Translations under genes and position numbers: made by a program | Origin: an uncultured delta proteobacterium | Lineage (GTDB): Bacteria > Myxococcota_A > Polyangia > Polyangiales > B10-G4 | Length of the DNA: 64,000 bases | Direction: 5' to 3' | Assembly: GCA_963727445.1 (NCBI GenBank) | Contig: CAVSGI010000014.1 | Coordinates: forward strand, 32,001 to 96,000 | Notes under the pieces: model-generated | What the model saw: the letters and a program-made list of their open reading frames with translations, nothing else | Database searches by the model: none | What the model was told of the DNA's origin: nothing | In this document: in pieces, positions 1 through 10,638 of the stretch | How the letters are laid out: the number at the start of each line of letters is the position of its first letter | How positions within the stretch are numbered: the stretch's first letter is position 1

Positions 1-644
1 CGACCCGCGCGCAGGACGGCCTCTACGTCTACGACACGGTGCAGCGTCTCTACGACTCGCGCTTCGGCGACGGCGACGTCCGGGACATCAATCGATACAT
101 CAAGATGGGCCCGCTCGGGCGCGCTTTCGCGCTCGGACGAGCGGGTCGTGCTGCTCATCGACGAGATCGACAAGGCGGACATCGAGTTCCCGAACGATCT
201 ACTGCACGAGCTCGACCGGATGCGCTTCGTGGTCGAAGAGACCGGCGAAGAGGTCGCGGCGAAGCATCGCCCGGTGGTGATCATCACCAGCAACGCCGAG
301 AAGGAGCTCCCCGACGCTTTCTTGCGCCGCTGCGTCTTCCACTTCATCGACTTCCCGACGCCGGAGCTGATGCGGCGCATCGTCGACGTGCACCATCCGC
401 AGCTCGACGCGTCGCTCGCGACCCAGGCCATCGAGACCTTCTACGAGCTCCGCTCGATGAAGCGCCTGCGCAAGCGCCCGAGCACCAGCGAGCTCGTGGA
501 CTGGATCGCGGTGCTCGAGCGCGCGGGCGTCCGCGACGTCAAGCTCGATCAGTCGATGCCCTTCCTCGGCACGCTGCTGAAGAAGGAGCAGGACCTGGTC
601 GCGCTCGCGGATCAGCTCGCCGGCGGCCGAGCTGGCGGTCCTGA
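1..644 (+). CDS. MoxR-family AAA+ ATPase (5'-truncated by the window edge; apparent frameshifts near ~140 and ~630)
   Basis: Walker B LLIDEIDKADIEFPNDLLHEL and ITSNAEKELPDAFLRRC in ORF 148..843. The upstream part (YVYDTVQRLYDSRFGDGDV) and the likely stop (TGA ending at 644) lie in another frame. Confidence 0.85.
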   Translation, partial: TRAQDGLYVYDTVQRLYDSRFGDGDVRDINRYIKMGPLGRAFALGRAGRAAHRRDRQGGHRVPERSTARARPDALRGRRDRRRGRGEASPGGDHHQQRREGAPRRFLAPLRLPLHRLPDAGADAAHRRRAPSAARRVARDPGHRDLLRAPLDEAPAQAPEHQRARGLDRGARARGRPRRQARSVDALPRHAAEEGAGPGRARGSARRRPSWRS

Positions 645-651
645 CGCCGAG

Positions 652-1850
652 ATGATTCGTCCCGTTCCTCTACGAGCTGCGCGCGCGCGACGTGCCGGTG
701 GGGACGCAGGAGGCGCTCGCGCTCGCGCGGGCGCTGCGGCGCGGCTGCACGAGAGCTCGAGCTCGACGGCTTCTATCACGTGGCTCGGGCGCTCCTGGTG
801 CACTCCGAGGCGCACCTGGACGACTTCGACCAGGCGTTCCTGAAGCACTTCGAGGGCGTCGAGGTCGAGGCGAAGGCGCTGAAGGACGAGCTCTTCGACT
901 GGCTCCGCGAAGCCGCGGAGCGACGCCACGAGCTCACCGAAGAAGAGCGCGCGCTGCTCGAGCAGTTCGACCTCGAGGAGCTCCGCCGCATGTTCGAGGA
1001 GCGCCTGCGCGAACAGGACGAGCGCCACGACGGCGGCAACAAGTGGATCGGGACCGGCGGCACCTCGCCCTTCGGGCACTCGGGCAAAGCGGCGCGCGAG
1101 GGTTTCCGGGTCGGGGGCCCAGGCGGCGGCCGGAGCGCGGTGAAGGTCGCCGACGCGCGCCGCTATCGTCCGTATCGGAGCGACCTCACCCTCGACGTCC
1201 GGCAGATGGCGGTGGCGCTACGCAAGCTCCGCGCCTTCGCGCGCGAGGGCGGCGAAGAGGAGCTCGACCTCGAAGCGACCATCGACGAGACGGCGAAGAA
1301 CGCGGGCGAGCTCGAGATCGTGACGCGCCCGCCGCGACGGCCGAACACGCGCGTGATCCTGATGATGGACGTCGGCGGCTCGATGGATCCCGTACGCCCA
1401 CCTGGTCTCGCGCCTCTTCACGCGCCGCGAGCAAGGCGACGCACTTCAAGGAGCTCCGGACCTACTACTTCCACAACTGCGTCTACGGCCACGTCTACGA
1501 AGACGGAGACGTTCGACGACCCGTCCGCGTGCAGCGACGTGCTCGCCGACTGCGGCCCCCACTACAAGCTCATCGTGGTCGGCGACGCGCTGATGGCTCC
1601 CTACGAGCTCCTCCACGCCGGCGGCGCGCTCGACCTCGGCGAGGACACGGCGTCGAAGGCATCGTCTGGCTGATGAAGCTCGAGGACCACTTCGACCGCA
1701 GCGTGTTGGCTCAACCCCGAGCCGGAGCAGTACTGGCACGGCAACACCATCGAGTACATCCGCAACGTCTTCGAGATGTTCCCGCTGACCTTGAGCGGCC
1801 TCGGCGAAGCGGTGACGCATCTGGTGAAGGCGCAGCGCGCGAGGTCGTAG
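652..1850 (+). CDS. vWA-domain (CoxE-like) partner of MoxR; several apparent indels
   Basis: ERHDGGNKWIGTGGTSPFGHSG, MIDAS-like ILMMDVGGSMDP, FKELRTYYFHNCVY, IVVGDALMAPYEL and WLNPEP are spread over three frames. Ends LVKAQRARS-TAG at 1850. Confidence 0.8.
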
Positions 1851-1931
1851 GGGGACGCGGATTCGAGGCGGCGCGACCGCTGTTCGACGCGAAGCGCCCG
1901 CGTCCGTGATCGCGCGGGGTACACTCGCCCC

Positions 1932-4900
1932 GTGGTCTACCGCGAGTCTGCACGGCGGTCGCAACAGGAGCAGGCGCCGAGTGAGGTGCTGCTCCGCGTC
2001 GACGTGACCGGACCCGCGGGGGCGGACGGCCGACACGGAGCGCCGGGCGCGAGCGGGAGCTTTGCGGGTCAGGATGGGGGCCGCGGTGGCGATGCGACCG
2101 AGGCCCACGCGGGTCAGAACGGCGGCGCCATCCTCGTGACCCTGAGCGAGCCGACGCGCGGGCAGGTCCGCCTCACCGGCGAGCGCGTCGCCCCGGACGG
2201 GAGCCGCACGGCGATCGACGAGACCCGCGACGTCGGCGACTACGGCTTCATCGATCTGGTCGCGATGGGCGGGGCTGGCGGTCACGGCGGCAACGGCGGC
2301 GACGGAGGACACGGCGCCACCGGCCGGCGCGGCAGCGACGCGACGCGCTACTCGAGCGGCGGCAATGGCGGTCCGGGCGGCGATGGCGGCGATGGGGGCA
2401 ACGCGACCAGCGGCGCGAACGGCGGCGCGGGCGGAACCGTCGTCGTCCGAGTTCGCGAAGAGGAGACCCACCTGTTGATGCTCATCCGGCGGAGCGTGAG
2501 CGGCGGCTCGGGTGGGCAGCCGGGACGCAACGGACAGGGCGGCTACGCGGGCTCGGGCGGCGCGGGCGGCAGCTCCCACTCCTGGACCACCACCGAGCAC
2601 TACACCGACGCCCAGGGGAACGCGCAGACGCGCACCCACTGGCATCACAACCCCGGCGGCTCCGATGGTCCCTCCGGTTACCCGGGTCGGGCCGCCGTCG
2701 CGCCAGTGCACGCGGGCGCCGACGGCGCCGACGGCCGCTACGCCATCGAGGTCGTCGACGCCGCCGGCCGCATCACCACCTACCCCGAGCGCTACGACCT
2801 GCGGCTCATCTCATTCGAGCACGCCTCCGAAAACGAAGACGGGATCTACGAGCCCGGTGAGCGCGTGCGCGTCTTCGACCTGAAGGTGCGCAACGTCGGC
2901 GGCATGCCGACGCCGAAGCACCAGAAGATCCTTCTGCACCTGAAGAGCGACGCGATGGTGCACCCCGAGGACGAGAGCCTCGAGCTTCCTCCGTCCCTCG
3001 CCGCTGGCTACGAGGTCGTCCTCTCCGCCAAGCCGCTCCACCTCCGCCTCGGCGACTACCGCCCCACCGGTCCCGCCGACGCGTGGTCGGTCACGCAGAC
3101 CATCCGCCACGGCGCGTACATGCCCGCGGTGGAGCGCGCCTTCACCCATTACGAGACCGAAGGGAGCGTCGCTCTCGGACGCTTCGACATCCGATTTCCC
3201 GTCGAGCTCACCGACGTCGAATGCCTCCACAGTCTCGCTGGAGGCCAGGCCTCGTCCCTCGCCTTCACCGTCGTGTCGCGCTCCCAGCGGATGTTCGGCG
3301 CGGAGGGCGATCTCGGGCGGGCGCTGCGCATCAAGCTATTCCTGTCCGACAGCGAGCTGTCGGACGCCGACGTCGTCGCGACCGATCCCGAGGGACGCGC
3401 CCTGTCCCTCGACGCCGGCCACGTGCGCGAGATCCCGCGCCTTCGCCCCGAGGAGGCGATGCGCTTCGAGTACGTGCTCGGTGTGGGGGCAGAGGCCGAG
3501 GAGTACGCCGCCGCGCGGGTCTGGCTCTCCCTCGACCTCGGCCACGTGGAGCGTCCTCTCGAGACGCGCCCAATCCAGTACCGCGACCACGAGATTCGCG
3601 TCGCGCGCCGCTACCAGCACACCCCCGGCGCGCGCACCGTGCTGGTGGTCAGCCACCGAACGAGCGCCGATACCCTGGCTGCGTGGCAGGTGGCCGCCGA
3701 GCATCTGGGCTTCCCCCTCGACATCCTCGACCTCAGCTACGAGGGGCGACTCGACCCCCTGGGCCCGCGCGACGATGGCCCCTCGATCCTCGAGCGGGTC
3801 GACGCGGGCACCCTCATCGTGTTGAACGACGTGGTGGAGACGCCCCAGGGCGCGACGCCAGCCTCGACCTTCTTCGACCTCGAGCGGGTTCGAGACGCCA
3901 TCGCCCGCGGCCTCGACGTGGCCTTCGTCGGCGAGCCGGCGGACCTCGCCGCCCTCGTGCCGCAGGCCGCTGCCGAGGCAGAGGCGCGCTTCGACGAAGA
4001 AGGCGATCTCGTGAGCGCGATCGCGAAGACCGACGGGCCCGTCGACTTCGAGCTCGCCCTTCACCGCATCGGCTTCTGGTTCGAGGCGCCCACCGAGACC
4101 CTGGTCGCGGAGCGGGCCTTCGCCTTGTCGAAGCGTCTCGCGGCGCGATTCCCTGCGCGGCGCTTCATCGTGGTCTACCACCATCACGTCGAGCGGACCC
4201 ACGAAGGCTACGTGGTGCGCCGGTGGCGCGCCGGGAGCCTTCGGGTGCTCTCGCTCACCGTGCCCGGCCAGGGTCGGGTCCTCGAAGCCCAGGTGAACGA
4301 GGCGATGCGCGCATCGCCCGACTATCCGGTCTCCCTCGAGAACCTCTCGGTGCTCCTGCTCGCGCGCGGCTTCGACGAGCGCCTCACACTCCTGGCGAAG
4401 ATGGCCCACGGCGCCATCGACACCGACGCCGCCCGCGCCCTGCTCGACGCCATGCTCGTCGACCTCGCCGCCGAGCAGCAGAGCATTCTGGTCACCGGCT
4501 TTCGCAAGGGGCTCGGCCGAGACGACCTCCTGAAGAACCTCCCCCTGCTATGCGCCCTCGCCGATCGCGCGGCCCGCGGCGACCTCGACGTCGACCCCGA
4601 GAGCGAGCTCGGTCGAGAGCTGTGCCGCTTCGTCGGCCGGCTCCGCTTCTTGACCACCAGCCAGGTTCGTCTCTGGGAGTGGCCCCTTCTCTTCCTCCGC
4701 CGTTCGGTTTCGCTCCGGGGGGCCACGCTCCGCCTCCTCGAGCGCTTCGTCGCCGACACCCTGGCCAAGAATCCCCTCCCCGATCGCGCCGTCGTCCGCA
4801 CCCGCCAGGCACAGGAGAGGATCGACGACGTGGTGTCGGCGCTCCGCGACGCGCACGACAAGGATTCGAAAGGTGGCCGCCACGCACCTGCTCACCGGGC

Positions 4901-5175
4901 CCATCGAGTGGAGTTGGCTCACCGCCGACGTGGAGCGGCGAAGGACGGCGGAGGAGCGCGTTCTGTCGAAGCAGGAGCACGACACACTGGCCACGGAGCG
5001 AAAGGCCCAGCGCGCGCTCGCGCGCGAGCTCGAAGCGCGATGCGCGGACAATCGCCAGGCCCTGCTCCGGCCCCTGCCGGGTACGCGGATCCGCGTCGAG
5101 GGAAGCGCCGGGCAAGCCGTGCTCGCGGGGGTCGACGCCGCCGCGGAAGAGGACCAGTCGGTTTTTGGACCGTGA
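1932..5175 (+). CDS. Large hypothetical protein with Gly-rich N-terminal repeats and Ig-like segments; frameshift near 4880
   Basis: ORF 1932..5288 is coding-like until ~4870, with GGxGGxGG repeats, NEDGIYEPGE and VRNVGGMPTP. A plausible C-terminus continues in ORF 4873..5175. Confidence 0.65.
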
Positions 5176-5200
5176 GATCCCTTCTTGAGATGGTCGGGCC

Positions 5201-5866
5201 ATGGAAGGGCAGCCCGTCAGGCTCGCGCTCCGGAGCTTGTCGGAGCTCTGTCAGCGGGCCCAGCGACTCGCGTTCAGTGGCGACCTGATCCTCCGGGAGC
5301 ACGACGGCGCGGAGCATCGCCTCGTCTTCCGGAACGGCGCCGTCGTCGACGTACGCATTCGCGGACACTTCGATCCCATCCTGAGGCGGCTCTTCGAAGA
5401 GGGCTCACTCGATCCCGAACAGCTCGTGCGCGCCCTGGAGGGCCTCGGCCAAAGCCGCCGGCGCGCAGGAGACCTCGCCATGGAGCTCGGCGTGCCCCGG
5501 CGCACCCTGCACCGAGCGCTGGCGAATCAGGGTCGGCGGCGCTTCGCCTCGCTCGCACGCATCGCCCGCCAGAAGGGCCGTGATGCCTGGCTCCATCGGC
5601 GTGAGGTGCGCCACGCCGAGGTGGCCTTCCGCCTCGACGTCGCCTCGCTCTTGCGCGAGCTCGGCCCACCCCCCGCACCGGCGATGACGCGCGCTCCCCC
5701 CAACCCGAAGAGGACCAGAAAGGACCGGCGGCGCGCCCTCAGGCGCATGGCCTTCGCCCTGCATCCCGACCGCCACCAGGACCTGAGCGAGCGGGAGCGC
5801 GCCGATCTCTCCCGGCGCCTCGCCCAGCTCACGGCCCGTTTCCATCGCGACCACGATGCAGGGTGA
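5201..5866 (+). CDS. DUF4388-like domain plus C-terminal J-domain-like (HPD) segment
   Basis: FSGDLILRE...RLVFRNGAVV pattern at the N-terminus; RRMAFALHPDRH followed by a helix at the C-terminus. Confidence 0.6.
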   Translation: MEGQPVRLALRSLSELCQRAQRLAFSGDLILREHDGAEHRLVFRNGAVVDVRIRGHFDPILRRLFEEGSLDPEQLVRALEGLGQSRRRAGDLAMELGVPRRTLHRALANQGRRRFASLARIARQKGRDAWLHRREVRHAEVAFRLDVASLLRELGPPPAPAMTRAPPNPKRTRKDRRRALRRMAFALHPDRHQDLSERERADLSRRLAQLTARFHRDHDAG

Positions 5867-5978
5867 GGCGTGGTGACGGCGCTGGCCCCCCGAATGTCCG
5901 GGGGCGAGGACGGCCGAAGGTACGCCCCATCGTTTCTCCCCTGGCGACGGCGGCGCCTTCGGTGCAAGCTCGGGCCCC

Positions 5979-6653
5979 ATGGGAGTGGTGCTCACGGCCT
6001 TCGTCGCCGGCGTCGCGCACGTGGTGGCCGGGCCCGATCACCTCGCGGCGGTCAGCCCCTTCTCCGTCGGCCGCGGGCGCAAGGCCTGGAAGGTCGGCTT
6101 TCGTTGGGGCATCGGCCACGCCCTCGGGACGCTGGTGGTGGGCCTGGTCGCGCTCCTCGCGCGCGACCTGATCCCCGTCGAGCTGCTGTCGACCTGGGGT
6201 GAGCGCCTGGTCGGGGTGGTGTTGATCGCGGTGGGCGTCTTCGCCGTACGGAGCCTGCTCCGCACCAGGGTCCACACCCACACCCATACCCACGAGGGCG
6301 TGACCCACGCACACATCCACGCGCACGTGGCGGGTAACCTCGACCACGCCCACGAGCAGCACGTCCACGACCACTCCCCGACCTCGATTGGCGCTCTGCA
6401 CGGCCTCGCTGGCGGCTCCCATCTCCTCGGAGCCCTCCCCGCCCTGGGTCTGGCTTCCGCCTTCCAAGCCGGCAGTTACCTGGTGGCCTTCGCCGTCGGG
6501 GCGGTCGCCGCCATGACCGCCTGGACCGCTGGACTGGGCGCGGCCGCGGGTCGCCTGTCGATCGTCTCCGAAGGGGCGGCCAGCGCCTTTCGCTGGACCT
6601 TCGCCCTCGCCGCCATCGCCATCGGCATCGCCTGGCTGGTCTGGTCCATCTAA
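5979..6653 (+). CDS. Nickel/cobalt transporter-like membrane protein (UreH/NiCoT-like)
   Basis: HVVAGPDHLAAV, WGIGH, His-rich loop HTHTHTHEGVTHAHIHAH, GALHGLAG; about 6 TM segments. Confidence 0.8.
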   Translation: MGVVLTAFVAGVAHVVAGPDHLAAVSPFSVGRGRKAWKVGFRWGIGHALGTLVVGLVALLARDLIPVELLSTWGERLVGVVLIAVGVFAVRSLLRTRVHTHTHTHEGVTHAHIHAHVAGNLDHAHEQHVHDHSPTSIGALHGLAGGSHLLGALPALGLASAFQAGSYLVAFAVGAVAAMTAWTAGLGAAAGRLSIVSEGAASAFRWTFALAAIAIGIAWLVWSI

Positions 6654-6750
6654 CCCCCCTTCATCCTCCCTTGCGCGCGGTGCCCCGATTGGCTAAGTAC
6701 CGCCCGCATCTGGGTTTTTGGGCTCCTCGCGACCGCGCGAGAACGCGAAG

Positions 6751-8019
6751 ATGGAGAAGCTCCGCGCCGTCAAAGGAATGAACGACATCCTCCCGGGGGA
6801 GATCCCCCGCTGGCGGAGGGTGGAGGAAGCGTTCCGAGCGATTACGGGCTGCTACGGCTACTCCGAGGTGCGCACCCCGGTGGTCGAGCCGACCGCCCTC
6901 TTCACCCGCTCCATCGGCGACACCACCGACATCGTCGAAAAGGAGATGTACTCCTTCGTCGACAAGGGGGACGCGGCGCTGACCCTCAGACCGGAGGGCA
7001 CGGCCTCCGCCGTCCGCGCCTTCATCCAGCACTCGGTCTACGCCCAGACCCCCGTGACCAAGTGGACCTACCTCGGCCCGATGTATCGGCGCGAGCGTCC
7101 GGCGAAGGGGCGCTACCGGCAGTTCTATCAGCTCGGCGCCGAGATCTACGGCGATCCCGGCCCCCACGTCGACGCCGAGCTCATCGAGATGCTGGTCCGC
7201 TTCCTCACCGGCCTCGGCGCCCAGGACGTCGAGGTCCTGATCAACTCCCTCGGCTCCGGCGAGACCCGTCGCCGCTACCGCGACGCGCTGGTGGCGTACC
7301 TCACGCCCCACAAGGATGCGTTGAGCGAGGACTCCCAGCGCCGCCTCGAAGTGAATCCGCTCCGGGTCATCGATTCGAAGGCGCCTCAGGATCAGGAGAT
7401 CGCGAAGGGCGCGCCGAGCATCCTCGACCACCTCGGCGACGACGACCGCGCGCACTTCGACGCTTTGAAGAGCGCGCTCGAGAGCCTCGGCGTGCCGTAC
7501 TCCGTCGACCCCACCATCGTCCGGGGCCTCGACTACTACACGCGCACGCTCTTCGAGGTGAAGGGCCGCGGAGGACAGCTCGGCGCTCAGGACACCATCT
7601 GCGGGGGCGGCCGCTACGACAACCTGGTCGCGGAGCTCGGCGGGCCGCCAACGCCCGCGATCGGCTTCGCCATCGGCATCGAACGGCTCTTGATGGTGAT
7701 GGCAGAGGATGACGCGGCCCACGGCCCGAGCGTCTTCGTCGTCACCCCGAACGCCGATCTGCGCGATGACGCCCTGGTCGTCCTGTCGAAGCTCCGCAGC
7801 GAGCAGATCTCCGCCGACGCCGACCTCCGCGGCAACTCCCTCAAGAGTCAGATGCGGCGCGCCGACAAGGCGGGCGCGAAGGCCGTGGTGATCGTCGGCG
7901 AGGACGAAAAGGCGCGCGGCGCCGTGCTGCTCCGGGATCTCGCGACCAAGTCACAAGAGGAAGTCCCCAAAGAGGACCTCGGTGCGCGGGTGCGCGCGCT
8001 GCTCGGAGAGGCGGGATGA
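6751..8019 (+). CDS. hisS: Histidine--tRNA ligase
   Basis: VKGMNDILP, DIVEKEMY, LRPEGTA, RERPAKGRYRQFYQ, VRGLDYYT, GGGRYD, anticodon-binding domain. ATG at 6751. Confidence 0.97.
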   Translation: MEKLRAVKGMNDILPGEIPRWRRVEEAFRAITGCYGYSEVRTPVVEPTALFTRSIGDTTDIVEKEMYSFVDKGDAALTLRPEGTASAVRAFIQHSVYAQTPVTKWTYLGPMYRRERPAKGRYRQFYQLGAEIYGDPGPHVDAELIEMLVRFLTGLGAQDVEVLINSLGSGETRRRYRDALVAYLTPHKDALSEDSQRRLEVNPLRVIDSKAPQDQEIAKGAPSILDHLGDDDRAHFDALKSALESLGVPYSVDPTIVRGLDYYTRTLFEVKGRGGQLGAQDTICGGGRYDNLVAELGGPPTPAIGFAIGIERLLMVMAEDDAAHGPSVFVVTPNADLRDDALVVLSKLRSEQISADADLRGNSLKSQMRRADKAGAKAVVIVGEDEKARGAVLLRDLATKSQEEVPKEDLGARVRALLGEAG

Positions 8020-9809
8020 TGCGGGCGCCCGCGTTGATCGCGATCGCCATCGTCCTGTCGGGGCTCTTGGCGGCACCGGCGCGGGTCGGGGCGCAGCAGA
8101 ATCCGCCTGCCGAGGGCGAGGAAGAAGAAGGCGACGCCGCCGAAGGCGACGACGGCTCGGGCGACGACGACGACTGGGACGAAGAAGAGGGCGAGCAGGA
8201 CGAGGGCGACGGCGACGCGCAGCAGGCCGAGCCAGAGCGTCCACAGCAGCGCCAGACCCAGCCGGCGGGCGACGACGACGACGACTGGGACGAGGAGGAA
8301 GAGGAAGAAGAAGGAGAAGAGGAAGAGGAGGCGCCCGAGGACGAGCCGCTGGGAGGAGACACCACCAGCTGGGTCCAGGGGGGTCCCCCTGCGGCGACCG
8401 ACGAGGACTCGACGCTCGTCATCCCGCCCCTCTTCTTGCGGATGACGCGCGGCGACACCACCACCACCGCCGTCTTCCCTCTCTTCTTTCAGGAAGAGTC
8501 GCCCGACGACCTGTCGCGCATGATCTTCCTCTACTACTACCGGCGCAGCCTCGAGGAGAACGCGGACGTCCTGTTCCCTCTGTACTGGTCCTTCCGCGGC
8601 GTCGATTCACTGACCTTCTCGATACCGCCGGTCTACTACCACTACGACGACGACGGCTTCGACTGGGGCATCGCGCCGCTCATCTTCGACGGGCGCAGCG
8701 GCGACAGCGTCTACACCATCATCCCGCCGCTGCTGACCTTCTCCTACGCCGACGAGGACGAGGCCTACACCCTGGCGACGATCTTCTGGCGCTACCGCGA
8801 ACGCGAAGCCGTGCGCTGGGGCATCTTCCCTCTCGTCTGGGACCTCGCCACGGAGCTGAATCGGGACACCTTCGCGTTGCCCTTTTTCTTCCGCTTCTCC
8901 GATTACGAAACGGAGAACGTGCTGACCGTGGTGCCGCCCGTCTACCACGAGGAGGATCCGGAGCACGCCCTCTTCGGCGTCGCGCCGCTCTTCCATCACT
9001 ACCACGACGCGACCGGCTCCTCGCTCACCCTGCCGCCGCTCCTCTTCCATTACGGAAACTTCGACGGCGACGTGCGCCTCTTCAACCCGCTCTTCCTCTA
9101 CTTCGACGTCGACGACGAGCGCACGTTCCTCACCTGGCTGTACCAGCGGCATCGCGGGGCGACGGAGCTCGACGCGGTGGCGCCCTTCGTCTTCAGCTAC
9201 CGCGATCCGCGGGAACACTACTCGAGCCTGGTGATCCCCCCGCTGCTCTGGACCTTCTCCGGGCCCGCCTCCACCAACACGGTGGTCTTTCCCTTCTTCG
9301 GCTACTTCCACGAGCCCGGTCTCTTCTCCACCTACGCCACCCTGCTCACCGTCCACAACGTCCGACACGACGAGGACGCGGGCTTCACCTGGATCTTCCC
9401 GACCATCCAGCTCGAGCACGATCCCGACAAGAGCATCGTCAACTTCCACCCCCTGCTCTATTCGCGAAACGAAGAGGAGTACCGCCACCTCGTCATCGCG
9501 CCCATCCACTGGGACTTCGAATGGCGTGACGAGGACTACCGGGCGACGGTGGATTTCCCGATCTTCTGGCGCTTCCGCAGCGGCCCCGAGGTCAAACAGG
9601 TCCTGCTCAACACCTACTATCGCGAATACGAAGAGGACGGCGCCTCCGGGTGGGAGTTCCACTTCTTCCCGCTCTTCGCGTTCGGAAAGCCGCGGCCGAG
9701 CGACCACTGGTGGAGCATCCTCTACGGCCTCGTGGGCTACCGACGACAGGGCAGCTACGGACAGACCCGGCTCTTCTGGATCCCCTTCCAGACCGACGGG
9801 CCGGACTAG
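8016..9809 (+). CDS. Secreted or outer-membrane protein with acidic N-terminal linker and aromatic-rich repeats
   Basis: Signal peptide, D/E tracts, many repeats of the type FPLF/PPL-aromatic. ATGA overlap with hisS. Confidence 0.7.
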   Translation: MMRAPALIAIAIVLSGLLAAPARVGAQQNPPAEGEEEEGDAAEGDDGSGDDDDWDEEEGEQDEGDGDAQQAEPERPQQRQTQPAGDDDDDWDEEEEEEEGEEEEEAPEDEPLGGDTTSWVQGGPPAATDEDSTLVIPPLFLRMTRGDTTTTAVFPLFFQEESPDDLSRMIFLYYYRRSLEENADVLFPLYWSFRGVDSLTFSIPPVYYHYDDDGFDWGIAPLIFDGRSGDSVYTIIPPLLTFSYADEDEAYTLATIFWRYREREAVRWGIFPLVWDLATELNRDTFALPFFFRFSDYETENVLTVVPPVYHEEDPEHALFGVAPLFHHYHDATGSSLTLPPLLFHYGNFDGDVRLFNPLFLYFDVDDERTFLTWLYQRHRGATELDAVAPFVFSYRDPREHYSSLVIPPLLWTFSGPASTNTVVFPFFGYFHEPGLFSTYATLLTVHNVRHDEDAGFTWIFPTIQLEHDPDKSIVNFHPLLYSRNEEEYRHLVIAPIHWDFEWRDEDYRATVDFPIFWRFRSGPEVKQVLLNTYYREYEEDGASGWEFHFFPLFAFGKPRPSDHWWSILYGLVGYRRQGSYGQTRLFWIPFQTDGPD

Positions 9810-9818
9810 AAGCTATCT

Positions 9819-9936
9819 CAACACTCAGCGCTCGCGAACTGCATGACCGCGCCGAAGGGAGGGTCCCACCCCGGGGCTCGGGGACCTTGCAGATGCGAGC
9901 GCTTGTTGGGCTGGGGCGGAGCCCCACTAATCTTAG
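9819..9936. other. Structured intergenic palindromic element between convergent genes
   Basis: CAACA..AGCGCTCGC (9819-9835) pairs with GCGAGCGCT-TGTTG (9895-9908). Inner CTGCA/TGCAG and GGTCCC/GGGACC pairs, then a TGGGGCGGAGCCCCA hairpin at 9912-9926. Confidence 0.5.
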
Positions 9937-9986
9937 TCTAGGGGCGGGATCCGGAACAGGAACGGGATCCGGAACGGGATCCGGAT

Positions 9987-10547
9987 CTACTGGTCGCCGT
10001 AGTCGATCGGCTCGGCTTCCACGGTGGCCGTGCTCTGGGTCTGCATGTCGGCGGGCAGGTAGTCGCCTGCGGGGAACTCGATGAAGAGGTAGTGATACGC
10101 GCCCTCGGAGGGCTGCACGCTCACGCTCGGCGTGACAGCGGCGCGCATCTCGAGGACCAGGGCGACGTCGTGGCCGCGCCGCTCGACCTTGGCGCGGGTG
10201 ACAGGGGTGTTGAAGTAGCGCGTCTCGAGCGGACGGCGATTGTTGCGAAGGTGGATCCCGAGGTTCTCGAGGATGATCACCGCGCGCCCGCTCTCGTTCT
10301 CGACGCGGTACTGGACCGGCTGCGTCGTCTGTACGAAGAAACGGCTGGCGCCGTCGGGACGCGCTTGAAAGCCGGGCCAGGTGAGCAGGCGTGCTTCGCC
10401 GCTCGGGGCCCGGGGCGGCAGATGCCCGGTGCCGGGGGTCACGCCGGCGTACTCGCCGACGGGGTGCGGGCCCGTGTTTTCCTGCGCCAATGCCGCCGCA
10501 GCGAAGCCGAGACCGATGACCAGGGACAGAGTGAGGGCGCGTCGCAC
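9987..10547 (-). CDS. Periplasmic AMIN-domain-like protein
   Basis: GTG start, signal peptide RRALTLSLVIGLGFAAAALA, then WPGFQARPDGASRFFVQT and NNRRPLETRYFNTPV. Confidence 0.6.
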   Translation of the reverse strand: MRRALTLSLVIGLGFAAAALAQENTGPHPVGEYAGVTPGTGHLPPRAPSGEARLLTWPGFQARPDGASRFFVQTTQPVQYRVENESGRAVIILENLGIHLRNNRRPLETRYFNTPVTRAKVERRGHDVALVLEMRAAVTPSVSVQPSEGAYHYLFIEFPAGDYLPADMQTQSTATVEAEPIDYGDQ

Positions 10548-10638
10548 GAGGAGATCGTAGCGGAGCCCGGCTGACCGCCGCAAAGAATGGGCGTGGAGCG
10601 GGATTCTCCCTTCGAAAACGTTAGTATCCGGCCGCCCG

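Noticed and set aside
9816..9911. Bona fide integron attC site
   Set aside because: The R-box consensus is only half met, L/R spacing is wrong, the site is single and there is no intI. Kept only as a structured element.
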